Positions 1 to 13,674 of a DNA stretch of 64,000 bases are shown here, in pieces. A program made the position numbers and the translations under genes. The stretch is from Octopus bimaculoides (Eukaryota). The DNA lies in NCBI RefSeq assembly GCF_001194135.2, contig NC_068984.1:146110520-146174519 (forward strand). The letters run 5' to 3'. Every line of letters begins with the position of its first letter. Position 1 is the first letter of the stretch. The notes below the pieces were generated by a model that was not told the DNA's origin, searched no databases, and saw only the letters and a list, made by a program, of their open reading frames with translations.

Positions 1-64
1 CTCCATCATACACCTTGTCATGAAATAAAGATTCCTTGTTATTTAATTCTTTTTATTTCTTTAG

Positions 65-149
65 ATCATTATGAAACACTACCACCAGGAGCTTGAGAAA
101 CTTCGATGGATCCATGAACAGGAAATTGCAGAAATTAAACATAACCTAA
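65..149 (+). CDS. ZMYND8: ZMYND8/PRKCBP1-like, internal exon (gene starts upstream of window)
   Basis: ttag|ATC...CTAA|gtaagt; IIMKHYHQELEKLRWIHEQEIAEIKHNL resembles the ZMYND8 coiled coil as recalled (EKLQWLHQQELSEMKHNL); phase 0->1. Confidence 0.9.
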
Positions 150-541
150 GTAAGTAGAAATTCATTTATTCCAGTTTAATGTCTAGCATTAATTCCATGT
201 ACTAATTATGCAAATATTATTATTATTATTTTATGTTTGACTTTTGTTTTGCATTTGTACAAGCTGGATCCAAGTCTCACCCAGAGACCTCAGGAGACAA
301 CATGTTAGAAGTTCATGTAGGTGTTATGCCTAGGGTACCATATATTTGGATTTGTACAGTTTTGTTCAAGTGAATGTTTAAGAAACCATAAGAAAATTAT
401 GTGTTTGTTTTAAAATTTGAGATCACATAGACAGTATTTTATGTAGGATATGGGCAGTTTCCATGAGCACTATCTTTTGAACTTCAGCCATTTTGGGGTT
501 TCCTGGTATCTGAGCTAGGTAGTAATCAGCCCGTTTCGCTG

Positions 542-579
<38 letters not shown>

Positions 580-1095
580 GTTAGGAGGAGGAGTTTACTT
601 AAAAACAATGAAAGGGCACAGCTAAGAAAGAAGTGGCTTTGTTTGATTCAGTAAAAATGATAAAATGTGCTTCATTTGAACAATAAATAGCATTGCCTTT
701 ATATAGTTAATGTAGGCCAGTAGATGGATTAGATATGGTAACTTATTAATTTAAACATAGGTCACATTTTTTAGTGCCAGGTCTGTAGATAAATGGAAAA
801 CTTTATACAGTTAAATCGAAGGATGTTAAATAAAGACCCTGCAATTGTAAGGCTTACTAATTGGTGCAGTTGAAATATGTAGGTCTGTGTAAAGCTATAT
901 CTATATTAAAAGAAAGGTAATGCTCTACAACTTTGTAATAACCCGTATTTTTGTTATCATTAATATATATGTATATATATATTATGTATTTATGTATATG
1001 AGAAATCATTAATATTATTATTATTATTATTATTATTATTATGTGTGTGTGTGTCTAAATGTAATTGTTGATTGAATGTGTTTTGGTTTCCTCAG

Positions 1096-1220
1096 ATCTG
1101 ACTGTGGCAGAGATACGAGCAAGTTGGGAAAATGAGAAAGAACGTTTTGCTTCCTCAATCCGAGAACAATGTGATATTGAAAAGATGAAATCTATTGAGG
1201 AAACAAAGAAGAAACAATGG
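1096..1220 (+). CDS. ZMYND8: ZMYND8-like exon (coiled coil)
   Basis: ctcag|AT...TGG|gtatgc; (N)LTVAEIRASWENEKERFASSIREQCDIEKMKSIEETKKKQW; phase 1->0. Confidence 0.93.
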
Positions 1221-1429
1221 GTATGCTTAGTCTTGCTTTTGTCCTGTTCACTTCTTTCATATATTTTCACTGCATGAAAAAGCAGCAGATGGTCGAGTCC
1301 ATCTGGTGCCAGACAACCAGTCAAATAATTGCTCAATCACCTCCTGTCGTTGGTGTTATTGTGCTGTATCTGTCATAACATTTAATTCTCAGCATCCTGA
1401 TTAATCTAAGCAAGTAAAACATTAATTAA

Positions 1430-1700
1430 AACAGCCGTCTGTGTATCATTCTTAATGTGTATGTACGCAGTCGATAGGCCAGTTGCTGTGTTATTTGTCC
1501 TGAGATACATTCCTGATTATTCTGGCCGTGCCAAGGAGGCAAACCTTTTGTAGCAATTCTTCTGGGCACCCTGTTCCAATTTCCTTTTGTATCCTTCTTG
1601 ATGCTTTCTGATACTGTCCCCAAGGAAACAACAATGATTGGCTCTCTCTTCACCTTCTTCATTTTCCATAGCTGGGCTATTTCGTGCTTAAGAGGTTTAT
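1430..1700 (-). mobile_element. 3' fragment of RLE-type (R4/Dong-like) non-LTR retrotransposon
   Basis: With one frameshift: LKHEIAQLWKMKKVKREPIIVVSLGTVS...EELLQKVCLLGTARIIR*, typical of the restriction-like endonuclease C-terminus. Confidence 0.7.
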
Positions 1701-1987
1701 TATTGCTGTTGTTGTTAAGGTGAGCTAACAGAATTGTTAGCGTACCGGGCAAAAAGCTTAGCGGTATTTCATCTGTCTTCGCATTCTGAGTTCAAATTCA
1801 GCTGAGGTCAACTTTGCTTTTCATCCTTTCGTGGTTGATAAAATAAGTACCAGTTGAGCACTGCAGTTGATGTAATCGTCTATCCCCCACTGCCCACCAA
1901 ATTTCAAGTCTTGTGCCTAGAGTAGAAAGGATTATTATTATTATTATTCTTCTTATTATTTCTAATGTTCTTTGTTTGTATATTTAG

Positions 1988-2410
1988 TGTGCAAACTGCA
2001 GTAATGAAGCCCTGCTGTATTGCTGCTGGAACACCAGTTACTGTGGTTACCAATGTCAGGCAAACCACTGGCCCCAGCATATGAACAGCTGTACGCAGCA
2101 ACTCTCTCAGACAACCAGTTCAACAGTGCAACCCACAGCGACCCCTACATTGCCTTCCACTCCATCTGCATCGGCCACAACGGCCACAGTATCAGCAGCA
2201 GCAGCATTGTCAACAACAACAACACCGACAACCACATTTTCTGGTACATTGATGACGGGAAATCCACAGAATATGATTGTCCTCAATGATGCCTTACCCA
2301 ACACAACGAGCACGACTGCCCCGATTGTCATCTCTACCATGCGACAACAACCTGTAACAGCAGCAGCAGCACAACAACTGCCAGAGATTAGATCTGTTGA
2401 GACGCTGAAT
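1988..2410 (+). CDS. ZMYND8: ZMYND8-like exon: MYND zinc finger plus T/S/A-rich region
   Basis: tttag|TGT...AAT|gtgagt; [35 protein letters not shown] is a ZMYND8/11-type MYND finger; same frame as ORF 2081..2818; phase 0->0. Confidence 0.95.
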
Positions 2411-3338
2411 GTGAGTAAACACTTGTCTAATTCTTTGTTACCAAAAATAATCTCAAGCAATTGCAGTGTTTTAAAAGACATAAGTGAACCATTTAGAAAA
2501 ACTCAAGAACTGTCAAAAGTTACCAGTTTTTTTTTGTTTTTTTTTCTGTTTCTGAACAGTTTACTTATGTCTTCCACTCTGCAAATCACTTTACTTCCCT
2601 CATTTGATCTCAGATCAGAACGCTTGCTGTGCAAGTCCATCTCCATAATATTCACTAGGCTTGATAGAATCATGATGAGAGAGTTGGGGTTAAATGAGGA
2701 TGTTTACCTTCTTTTAATAGTAAGAATGGAATGTAGTGTTTGTAATGTTATCAGGGCTTCCTCCAAGACTGGTGGATACAAGGGAGGAAGTTATTGTTGG
2801 ACACAAGACCTGGTCTGAATTCTTGCTACAAAGAGGAACCCTGCTATGTTTAAATCCTTCCATGGGCCTTGTGAAACTATGGAAGAACAACTCCAGAGAA
2901 ATATCACAAAATATTACAGCTTGGTCAGACTGTTAATCTTATCGTATGTATTTTTGTGTAAAGTGTATTATATTCTTTTCTACTGTAGGTACAAGGCCTG
3001 AAATTTTTGGGGATGGGGGGCAGCAGTCAATTAGATCAACCCTAGTATGCAACTGGTACTTAATTTATTGACCACAAAAGAATGAAAGGCAAAGTCGACC
3101 TTGGTGGAGTTTAAAGTGTATTATATTAACACCTGTCATATTTTTTCGTGTCTGTACATTTTGGGGTTACATATTAACACATTGAAGCCATACTCACACA
3201 GTTTTGTTGTCAAGTATTTTTACATGTGGTACTTTTTATCTGAATGGTAAGATCTATTGCCTATCCTACATAGAAATAACTAGAATTATGAAGAAAAATT
3301 GCAAAATCATCTTCTACCATGTATATATAAGTATATAT

Positions 3339-3666
3339 GGCTCAGTGGTTAGAGCGTCGAGCTTACGATCATGAGGTTGTGAGTTCGAATCCCAGACCGG
3401 GCTGCGTGTTGTGTTCTAGAGCAAGACACTTTATTTCATGTTGCTCCAGTTCACTCAGCTGTAGAAATGAGTTGTAACATCACTGTTGCCAAGCTGTATC
3501 GGCCCCCTTTGCCTTTCCCTTGGATAACATCGGTGATATGGAGAAGGGAGACTGGTATGCATGGGCGACTGTTGGGCTTCCATAAAAAAATTTTGCCTGG
3601 TTTTGTGCCTGGGAGGGTAACTTTCTAGGTGCAATCCCAAGGTCATTCATGACCGAAGAGTGTCTC
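3339..3666 (+). mobile_element. tRNA-derived SINE
   Basis: A box tggctcagtggtta, B box gagttcgaatccc, then a non-tRNA body; sits between TA-rich tracts. Confidence 0.8.
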
Positions 3667-3667
3667 A

Positions 3668-3668
<1 letters not shown>

Positions 3669-3727
<59 letters not shown>
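3669..3727. repeat. (TA)n microsatellite
   Basis: Direct reading; many other (TA)n, (CA)n, (ATT)n and (CAT)n tracts throughout. Confidence 0.95.
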
Positions 3728-4208
3728 GTACGCTCTTCTTATCAGATGATGATATAACCACCATCATCATCATTTAACATCCCCTTTTCCATGCTAGCAT
3801 AGGTTGGGTAGTTCAACAAAATACAAACAAGCCAAAGGGCTTTGCCAGGCTCTGTGTCTGCTTTCACATGATTTCTGCAGCTGGATCCCTTTACTAATGC
3901 CAACCACTTCATAATTTAATGTCCACTTTCCATGCTGGCATGGGTTGGATGGTTTGACCAGAGCTGGATATGCAGGAGACTACACCAGGCTTCAGTGACC
4001 GTATTGGTATGGAAAGCAGATGTTAAATGATGATGATTATGATGTGTGTGTATGTATGCATGCATGAATGAGTAAGGCCTTTGTAAAACATGGTCAATCT
4101 CTTATTAACAGGCGTATAAGTTTTGTGGAAATCTTTACCTAAACACATATGAAAGGATAATTAAACTTTTTCATTAATCATCTAATTATTTGTTTTGTTA
4201 CCTTGTAG

Positions 4209-4412
4209 ACAACAGTTTCAGGCAAACCAACTGGAAGAGTGTCTGGTATGTTGCAGCAAATCATTAAAAAAGAAGATAATCGCTCTAAAATGATAAACTT
4301 GCAGCCTGCTTCCAATCCGGTGCCAGGCACTACGCAGATACAGTTCCTTCCAACATCTCTGCCGCAACCAGTTACAGGTTCTATACAAGTGTTACCGGCA
4401 CCTTCAACACAG
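4209..4412 (+). CDS. ZMYND8: ZMYND8-like exon, low-complexity tail
   Basis: ttgtag|ACA...CAG|gtaaaa; 68 open codons TTVSGKPTGRVSGMLQQIIKKEDN...PAPSTQ; phase 0->0. Confidence 0.8.
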
Positions 4413-6393
4413 GTAAAAATGCTAAGTTCTTCTTTATTACGAAAGCTGTGTGGCAGAATCAGTCAGCCGTCAGGTAACGATTTTAGACATTTGCAGTTCA
4501 AATTCCCTTAGCTCTGAGACTCTATCTAATGGCTCTATCCCACTGGAGCTAAACAGATACAAGCATGACTATAGGTGAGGCATAGCTGTGTGGATTAGAA
4601 CTTTGGTTCATGGTCACGTCATTTTTGGCTCAATTCCACTGCATGGTTTGTTCGTTGTTTAACATCCACTTTCTGGCATGGGTTGGACGGTTTGACTGGA
4701 AACTGGTAAGCCAGGAGGCTGCACCAGGTTCCAATATGATTTGGCAAGGTTTCTACAGCTGGATGCCCTTCCTAACACCAACCACTCTGAGAGTGAAATG
4801 CATTCTTTGTATGTGCCACTGGCACAGGTGCCCTTCACCTGACACGGGCATCAGCCACAACTACAGTCTCACAGGTCTACACAAGCACAGTATATCGCCA
4901 AGGGTTTTGGTCACCTGTTACTGCCTCCAAGCTTGAGCAAATGTCTTCTACTATAGTCTTGGCATGGATGATACCTTATGAGGGTAACTTGGTAGTTGGA
5001 AACTGTACAGAAGCCTGTTGTATGTACATCATCATCATCATAACGTCCACTTTTCCAGGCTTGGTTCGTCTGGCAGGTTTCCATTGAAGCAGAATTTCCA
5101 CAGCCAAATACATTTCCTGATGCCAACCCTCCCCTGTTTGTAAGCAGGTTAATATTTCTCTTAGAGTCTATTAAACAACAACAATCAGCTTGGAGATGCT
5201 TTCTTGCAGGATTGGATACAAATGGTTGATACAAATGGTGAATCTTTGCTTCCAGTTAGTGCATGAATGTCAAGACAAGGGAATTCAAATTTACACTTCT
5301 GCACACAATTTCTGTGTGTGTATGTGGTCATGTTTTGCCATTTCCACTTGCCAAGTGTCATTCACAAGGTATTGGTCAGCCTCTTGCTGTAGTAGAAGCT
5401 GTCCAGCCAACTTTAGCTATGATGTGGGATCAAACCTCCAGACCATGTGTTTCCAAAGTGAACTTCTTAACCACACACCCATGCTTGCTCACACACACAC
5501 AAAGACATAAATAATGAGCTTTATACATTTATTTGTGCATTATAGTCTTACAGCTGTTTCTGGTCATTGTTGTATGCATATGGAACTACGTCACCTGTTT
5601 CTGGCCATCAGCCTGAAGCTATTGTTGAATAGTATTAACATCCCATGTAGAAATTTGATATCCAACAATTTTGTTTGTGTCGGTGGCTGGCTCTTGACGA
5701 ATTTTGCAGTATTTTGGACTTGATGCCATGGAAGATGTTTGGATGTACAAACGAAAAGCAGTTTGTTTTTTTCTAATTATTTTAAATGTAAAGTATCAAA
5801 ATATGTCTAATTAGTTTTGGGAATTCATATAAGTACAGGACATTTATGTCTGTGTGTCTTCACATGTCTTCACATTAATCCTGTTTATGCAACGGTGACA
5901 TCTGTTCCTGTCTCCCGTTAGCCAAATGCCTCACAGCTCAGCATACAAAGAACAACGTATCTTACTTGGAAACAAAAGACACAAGTGAGGTTTGGTACGA
6001 AAAAAGTCATCTGAGTGAAGACCACTGCATAAGAAAGACTTGTCCAACCTTTGCTGGAATGGAAAAAGCAGGCAAAACTATGATAAAAACAGTGAAATTG
6101 AAAAGTTTTCTTGGAGTTGTTTTTTTAACCCTAGGCTAACCCTGATTTGTTCAAGCTTATGATTCAAAGCTGTTCTGAGACCAGGTTGCTTTCTTTTGTC
6201 TTTTTTCCATCATTCTGATCTGATACATCGCCTCATGTTATCCTCCTCGTCTTTATTTTCTAATACAGGAAGAATATAATTTAAGGAATTTCAGGTTGGG
6301 TATCCGGTTGAGCAAACCTCCTAGAAGCTTCTCTGTTGTCTTTGATTATTTCTAATGCTCTGATTATTATTGGTATTACTGCTGCTGCTGCTG

Positions 6394-6429
<36 letters not shown>

Positions 6430-6599
6430 ACATAAGGTACAAGGTCAAAATTTGGTCGGGGAAAGCTTTTAGTTCATTAAATCAACTGGAATACTTAAAA
6501 GTACCAGTTAGGTAGAAGAGTTGATTTAACTGAAGTAACGGCTCCACCAAAAGAGATAAATCAAATTGTGGCCTTGCACCTATATTAGAAGTCACCACC

Positions 6600-6995
6600 A
6601 CCACTATCATCATTGTCATCGTCATCGTCACTCAAGTTTTATTGGAACTGGTGGAGTCTTGCATATGTAGCAGGCTTACTACCTCCAGCCTGCGATACCA
6701 TGCTATCTGTTCTTTTCAATTCTCTAATCCTTTCCTGATTATTCTGACTGTGCCAAGGAGGCAAACTTTTTCTAACAGTTCTATTGGGCATTCTATTCCA
6801 ATTACCTTTATATTCCTCTTGGTGCTTTCTGATACTGTCTCCAAGGAAACACCAATAGTTGGCACTATCTTTGCCTTTTTTATTTTCCACAGTTGAGCCA
6901 CAGCTGGTGCAATGCAGTGAACGCCTGGCAACATTCTTTGATGCCAAGCGCCCAACCTTGGTCTACATTTGACCCATGACTGTAGCTCTGTCAAT
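6600..6995 (-). mobile_element. Second RLE-type LINE 3' fragment
   Basis: VAQLWKIKKAKIVPTIGVSLETVSESTKRNIKVIGIECPIELLEKVCLLGTVRIIRKGLEN*; homologous to 1430-1700; followed by AATAAA and a simple-repeat tail. Confidence 0.72.
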
Positions 6996-8240
6996 GAGAC
7001 GAGCTGTGGAAAGACTTGTCACACGAAAGATGTCCACACCAGTTCATCTTTCTCAAATATTTCTCACTTCCTTCCTCGATCATTCCAACTGCTCCTACAA
7101 CCACTGCCATTCTAACCATCTTGAGATGCCACATTTTTTCAATTATTATTATTTCAGTTGCAGTGCAAAAGGCTGAATTTTTAAAATTTATTTCTGTAGT
7201 TTTCTTTTTTTTTCTTTTTTTTTTTTAATGAATAAATCTCACTAAATCTCCTTCGGACCCACCCTAATTTCATCTCTTGGTTATAATGAAAGTTTCCTTT
7301 CAGCCTGAGCATGGAAAAGACAAAGTGTGAAGTTATGAGCTATGTTAACCAAACATGAATATTGTATGAATGACGTACTGCACAGTATATCCCCAACACA
7401 CCATAGTAACCTCTGTTGTACACCACGGAATCCTGTAACACTGATCCGTGAATACTTGAACGAGCGACACTGATTTATCGAACACAAATGCAGCCTGTTT
7501 ATTATTACATTGACTCATTCCATAAGCATGACATCCTGTAATGAGCATTCTTTAAACACTTTAGCATTCAATAAGGATTTATTCAATACAGATTCCAATT
7601 ATAAACTCTTTGTCTTATAAAGGGAAGAAGGGCACATAGGATAATGTCGTTCTAGATACACTATGCCTGGAAAAAAGGTTGGAGTACTTTTTGATCCTGG
7701 ATCTGCTTGGTCAGGACTGATCCGAGTCTGAAGAACAATCACAGTGATCTCCCTTGACCTTTTGCTCTCTAGTACAACACAGTATTGATACGTGCACGGA
7801 GTCAAGCCTCCTGCTGGAAATAGCAGTCGAACCCCCCACCTCCACCCCCATTGAAATTATACCCCCTTAATAGTCTTACAAAGGAAAGGACATATTGAAT
7901 AATGAATGTCTGAAAAAGTCAGGATGGTCTTTGCTGGAACGTCTTCGATCTTAAGTCTGCTTGATAGAGCTAAAACAAGGTTAAAACAGCAACAATGAAC
8001 TGACTCCATTTATCAATCCATCATCATCATCATTTTCACTTAACGTCCACTTTTCCATGCTTTCATGGATCAGATGGAACTTGTTGAAGCACATTGTTTA
8101 CAGTTAGATGCTCTTCCTGTCGCCAACCCTCACCTATTTCCAAGGAAGGTAATATTTCCCCAACAGTCTTGCTTGTAGGATGATGATGTTTGTTTACAAC
8201 AATCACGCAATATCAAGACAAGGATACACACAGACACACG

Positions 8241-8256
8241 CATGACACGATATATA

Positions 8257-8327
<71 letters not shown>
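8241..8327. repeat. (TA)n microsatellite
   Basis: Direct reading. Confidence 0.95.
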
Positions 8328-8330
<3 letters not shown>

Positions 8331-9030
8331 GCTTCTGTCTACCAAATCCACTCACAAGGCTTCGGTTGGCCTGGGACTGTTGTAGAAGACATTTGCCCAA
8401 AGACTCGTATGGTAGGGTTGAACCAGAAATCATATGGTTAGTAAGCAAGTATCTTAACGAAACATATAAATAAAGCTTACACACATATACTTATCAGTAT
8501 ATATCCCATTAAAATAAATATTGTGACAAAGTCCATGTAATTATGTATGAAAGTTCCCATGCAAGACTCAAAACTTACAATAAGTGGAAGATTCTAGTTT
8601 CTCAGACTTTTGACCTCACTTTGCACAGATAGATGCTTTTTATGTTTACACTTAGACTTACTTTACAATCAGTTTGATTTCTGACCAAAACATGCCAGAT
8701 TTGATGCACAGCTATGTTAAATGCATCACCAATTTCAGCATCATATATTCAGGAAAATAAGTTTTTAGTGAATTTAAAGCATGTAAAATGAGAGCCAACT
8801 TAGTGAACAGGATCTGAGGCAATTTTTGTGACATTTTTAGGGGTAAAAAAAAAGGGCCTGCCATCAGATAGGGTAAAGTAGAAGTAAATAGAGACAATTT
8901 GAAATAAAATGATCTTAGAGACTAGCAAATTCACATAGAAAGAAACGAGCATAGAGCACAGTATTGCTGTAATTCCTTTTGATTTGTATCTGAATCTCTA
9001 TAATGCTGATCCTTGCCATTTTACTTTCAG

Positions 9031-9138
9031 TTACTCACCAGAAACCCCATCTTATCACCCAGCCACCAGCTACAGCTTCAATATATGCAATCACCACAAC
9101 AAATCCAAACTTATGCTGCCACTTCCGGACAAGCACCA
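9031..9138 (+). CDS. ZMYND8: ZMYND8-like exon, Q/P-rich
   Basis: ttactttcag|TTA...CCA|gtcagt; LLTRNPILSPSHQLQLQYMQSPQQIQTYAATSGQAP; phase 0->0. Confidence 0.72.
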
Positions 9139-9480
9139 GTCAGTAACATTACCATTGTCATCATTTTCATCATCATCATCATCATCATCATCATGGCTAT
9201 ATTGTCACTGCTTTGTCTAGCACCATTTTCTGTGAATGCTTTGTCTCTCTCTCTCTCTCATTATCCTTCTCTATGCTTGTATAAGATAATAGTATATATA
9301 GTTAACAGTAAATATTTGTAGACAAGAATTTAAGATTGAAAAATAACAATGAACTCCATCGATATGCATTGCATTATCCTTTACTAACAAAACTTGTTGA
9401 ACAGACAGAAACCTAGTAAATAAGACATAAATTGTACTTTATTATTATCAGCCAAACATGCTAACAACTTCCACATTTCG

Positions 9481-9860
9481 TGGCATTCCATCGATCACAA
9501 CGACGAGGGTTCCGGTTGATCCAATCAACGGAACAGCCTGCTCATGAAATTGACGTGCAAGTGGCTGAGCACTCCACAGACACATATACCCTTAATGTAG
9601 TTCTCTGGGAGATTCAGTGTGACACAGAGTGTGACAAGGCTGGCCCTTTGAATTACTGGTACAACAGAAACAGGAAGAAAGAGTGAGAGAAAGTTGTTTT
9701 AAAGAGTATGGCAGGGTTTGCCACCACACCCTGCTGGAGCCTCGTGGAGCTTTAAGTGTTTTCACGAAATAAACACTCGCAACGCCTGGTCTAGGAAACA
9801 AAACCATGATCCTGTGACCACGAGTCCGCTGCCCTAACCACTGGGCCATTGCGCCTCCAC
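9481..9860 (-). mobile_element. tRNA-derived SINE
   Basis: Minus strand begins ggaggcgcaatggcccagtggttagggcagcggactc (A box) with a degenerate B box. Confidence 0.7.
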
Positions 9861-10203
9861 AACTTCACATTTACCTGGTAGATAAACAACAAATGATTTG
9901 GTTTCTGCCACTAGTTTTGTATTTTTTCACTTCTAAGTCATTTACAAATGTTTACTTATTAACATGTATGTATGCTTATGTTTGTGATACACACACACAC
10001 ATCTTGCTCAACTACTGCAGAAGACCACTAAAGATCACAGTGTTCAGATTCCTAGACAGAAGCATGAAACCATGGTATGGATATAACAACTAAATGCACT
10101 TTGTGTGTGTGAGTGAGCTGCAGAGAGCCTGGTTAAATGTTTCTTGTAAAACACCAAACTACTCATTATGAACTTGTTAAATTGTGTTGTATAGCATTAT
10201 ATA

Positions 10204-10248
<45 letters not shown>

Positions 10249-10469
10249 GTATATATTTGTTTAGTACCTGTAGTTATTTTTGTACCAGAATTTCACACAA
10301 GTATCCAGGCGTTTAGACACAATTATCTCCAAATAACTTTTTGCAGATTTATTATTACATCTAAACGTATGATTAAAACTGGATTATTAAAAATGCAGCA
10401 ATGGCCATGAAATATATATATATGTATATGTATACACGCACACACATTTTTCTCTCCTTTATATTTCAG

Positions 10470-10736
10470 GTAAGAATGCAAGCAGTCCAACTTCAGAGCA
10501 CGGCCATTCCTTCAACACTTCAATCACAGACATTTCCCAGCATCATGGCAACGTCTCAGTCAGTCAGCTCACCAACCACAAAGATAAGCACAATTTCAGC
10601 ACCAACAGTTGCACCTAGCGGCACCAAAAACCTCAAAGTGAACACCTCCAACAATATCATAATTCCTTCAGGACCATTTATACTCACAAAAGCTTCTCAG
10701 GGTCATCTTCAGCTGAATGCGACAAAACAGATGTAA
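10470..10736 (+). CDS. ZMYND8: ZMYND8-like probable terminal coding exon
   Basis: atatttcag|GTA...ATG TAA; VRMQAVQLQSTAIPSTLQSQTFPSIMATSQ...LNATKQM*; S/T/Q-rich like preceding exons; phase 0. Confidence 0.72.
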   Translation, partial: VRMQAVQLQSTAIPSTLQSQTFPSIMATSQSVSSPTTKISTISAPTVAPSGTKNLKVNTSNNIIIPSGPFILTKASQGHLQLNATKQM

Positions 10737-10746
10737 CAACACTTAG

Positions 10747-10799
<53 letters not shown>

Positions 10800-12545
10800 T
10801 ACTATTATTATTAGTGTGGTGGATTGGCAGAAATGTTAGAATGTTGGATAAAATGCCTTGTGGTGTTTAGCTACGGCCCTTCACGTTCTCAGTTCAAACC
10901 CCACAGCAATCAACTTTGCCTTTCATCGTTCTGGGTCAATGAAATAAGTTACCGATCAAGTACTGGGGCAATGATGAAATAAATCATCGGTCAATTATAG
11001 GGGCCAATGTAACTGACTGGCCCCTCCCCACAAAACTGCACTCTTGTGTCTGTAGGCAGAATGTTTAGAGTTGAACCAAATACTTTGTACGATTTCTTTC
11101 AGTTCTTTACGTTGTGAGTTCAAATCCAGCCAAGATCAACTTTGCCTTTCATCCCACCTAGGGTCAATGATATAAAAATAACAGTCAGTTACCGGGATTG
11201 ATTCAATCATCTCAACCCTTCCCCCCACCTCTCTAGTCTTGGGGCTCGTCGTACCTCTATTAACAGCAGTTGTTCTGGTTATTGCTTGCTGTTCTGCAGA
11301 GAACTGGCAGCACTGATAAAGCACCAGACTAGTGTGACCAGGGCCTCCATTTGGTGGAACCAAACTAGTTTTGGATCACAAGATGAGAGCAGGCATGGCT
11401 GTGTGGGGAAGAAACTCTCTTCCCGACCACATTGGTTTTGAGTTCAGTCTCACTGTGTGGCACCTTGGGCAAGTGTCGTCTAATGAAGCCTCATGCCCAC
11501 CAAAGCCTTGTGAGTGGATTTGGTTGACAGAAACTGAAAGAAGCCCATTGTGTATTTGCACTCTTGTTTAGACATCGTGTGATGTTTGTAACTGATCATC
11601 ATCATCATCATTCAAGTGAAGTTGCTCATTTCCAGTTTTTGAATTACTGACAATTACTTTGCTTGGAAAGAGGTCAACGTTGGCAACAGGAAAGGTACCT
11701 GGCTGTAGAGAAACTGCCTCATCAAATGGCATCTAAGCCATGTTAGTATGGAAAGTGGACATTAAATGTTGCTGATGATTGACATTTGTTTATGTTAGGG
11801 AGGGACTCGGAAGATAGTCTTGGGCCCCAGACCAATGTGCTGGCTGAATCCCCACTTCAGAGGCCCTGTTTTGCCCCTGTACATTCCACTTATAATTATG
11901 TCAGGCTCAACTTCTGCCTTTAACCCTTACAGGGTCAGTATGTCACTTAGGGGTCACATCTAATCAAATATATTTCGCACTTGCAAAAGTATGGCAGAGT
12001 GTGAAAGAATATTATTAGAAATGTTGTCACCAAAGACCACATCTTAGCACTTGCTTGAGCCTGAAATAATGTCTTTGAATTCCTCCAAACATGCCTTTCT
12101 TTATCTACAGCTAAGCTTTGTAGCAAAAATAAAGATTTATCTACTGAAACAGCAAACGAAAGCTATTGACTGCTTCTGCCAACAAATAGCTATCAACTAA
12201 TGAAAACAGCTACAATTTAAATTAACAGATGACTTGTCCAGGATAAAAAATGATTTGTTTCCTTTTCAAATTTTATTTTAAAATGTTAATTAGATGGGAT
12301 GAGAGATTTATCTTAAGTTTTTAAATGAATGGGTTTTTAAAAAAACTTCTTTAATCCCCCACCCACCCAATTTTTAAGAAAATTTATTTTAATGAAACTG
12401 ATCTGGCATTTTTTTTGTGAACTTGTATGATTTGTTTATTTATTTTTGTTTGTTTTTAATACCTTCACAAAAACGTCTGTTATGATTAGGAACCATTAAT
12501 ATATCTGCAATGATAAGATTGCAGAAATAGTTAAAATACATTGAT

Positions 12546-12597
<52 letters not shown>

Positions 12598-13674
12598 TAT
12601 GCACACAAACACACACACACTCATGCATACAGACGTGTGCGTATGTGTATATATATACATAAAATTTTTCTGAAGAAATTACTGTTTTCCTTTTTTTTTT
12701 TTCCTGTTTGTTGATTTTTTTGTTTGTTTCTTTTTTTCCCTATGTTTGTTGATTTTTTTTTTTTTTCTCTTTTGTTTTTGTAAAACAAGCATCAACTTTT
12801 AGAATTTTAACAAATTTGTTTCTTTCTTTGAACTGAATTTCATGTGGAAATTGAAAAGAAGTAAGAAAAATGAAAATAGCGAACAAACAAAACAAAGCAA
12901 AAGAAAAACACAACCACTGCAAAAACTCTGACCCTGCGTTTCACCAAAGGTTTGAAACATCACAATGAATGAAGGACGACAACCTGTGAAGATTTTCATT
13001 TGGCTAAAGAAACTTTATTACAGTGAGCTGTCAGAATCATTAGCAATGCTGGGCAAAATGTTTGGGGGAGCATTTTGTCTGCCTTGACATTCTGGGTTCA
13101 AATTCTGCCATGGTTCACTTTACCTTTCATCCTTTCATGATTGATAAAATAAGCACCAGTTGAAGACTGGGGTCGATACAATCGACTCACCCACCCCTAA
13201 ATTTGCTGGCCTAGTGCCAAAATTTGAAACCATTATTATTATTATTTGTTTCTTATTTTGTTTTTTTGTTTTTTTTTTACCCTCAGTCATCATAAAGGGG
13301 GCATTGCTCCAGCATGGCCCTGGCAAATGTTGCCAAAGAATGTCAAATAAGATTTTATGTTTTGTAATTTTCATGTGACTTTTTTCTTTTTTTATTAACT
13401 TTCATTGATGTCATTTCTTCCTTATTTTTTTTCTCCTTTCATTTTTATGTCCTCATTTCTTCTCTTCTTCTTTCTCATTGTTGTCTACCATTTCCTTGTT
13501 CTCTCTCTCTCTCTCTCATTGCTTCACATCCTCTTCTTTTTTTCTCCATCCCTCTTCAACCCCCCCCCCCTCCTTACTATGCTCAACAACAACAGCAACA
13601 CCACCAGGAAGAAACTCTGGCTGGACAACATCCAGAAAGACCTGAATTCTGTTTAACCAAAACCTGCCATGACC

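Noticed and set aside
2107-2481. 124-aa minus-strand ORF
   Set aside because: Antisense shadow of the ZMYND8 low-complexity exon
3339-3410. Possible tRNA gene (also heads at 9790-9860 and 27500-27640)
   Set aside because: A/B boxes present but no convincing acceptor stem, and each continues into a repeat body; these are SINE heads
8600-8900. Possible LINE RT fragment (ORF 8712-8897)
   Set aside because: Only vague resemblance; no diagnostic motif in any frame
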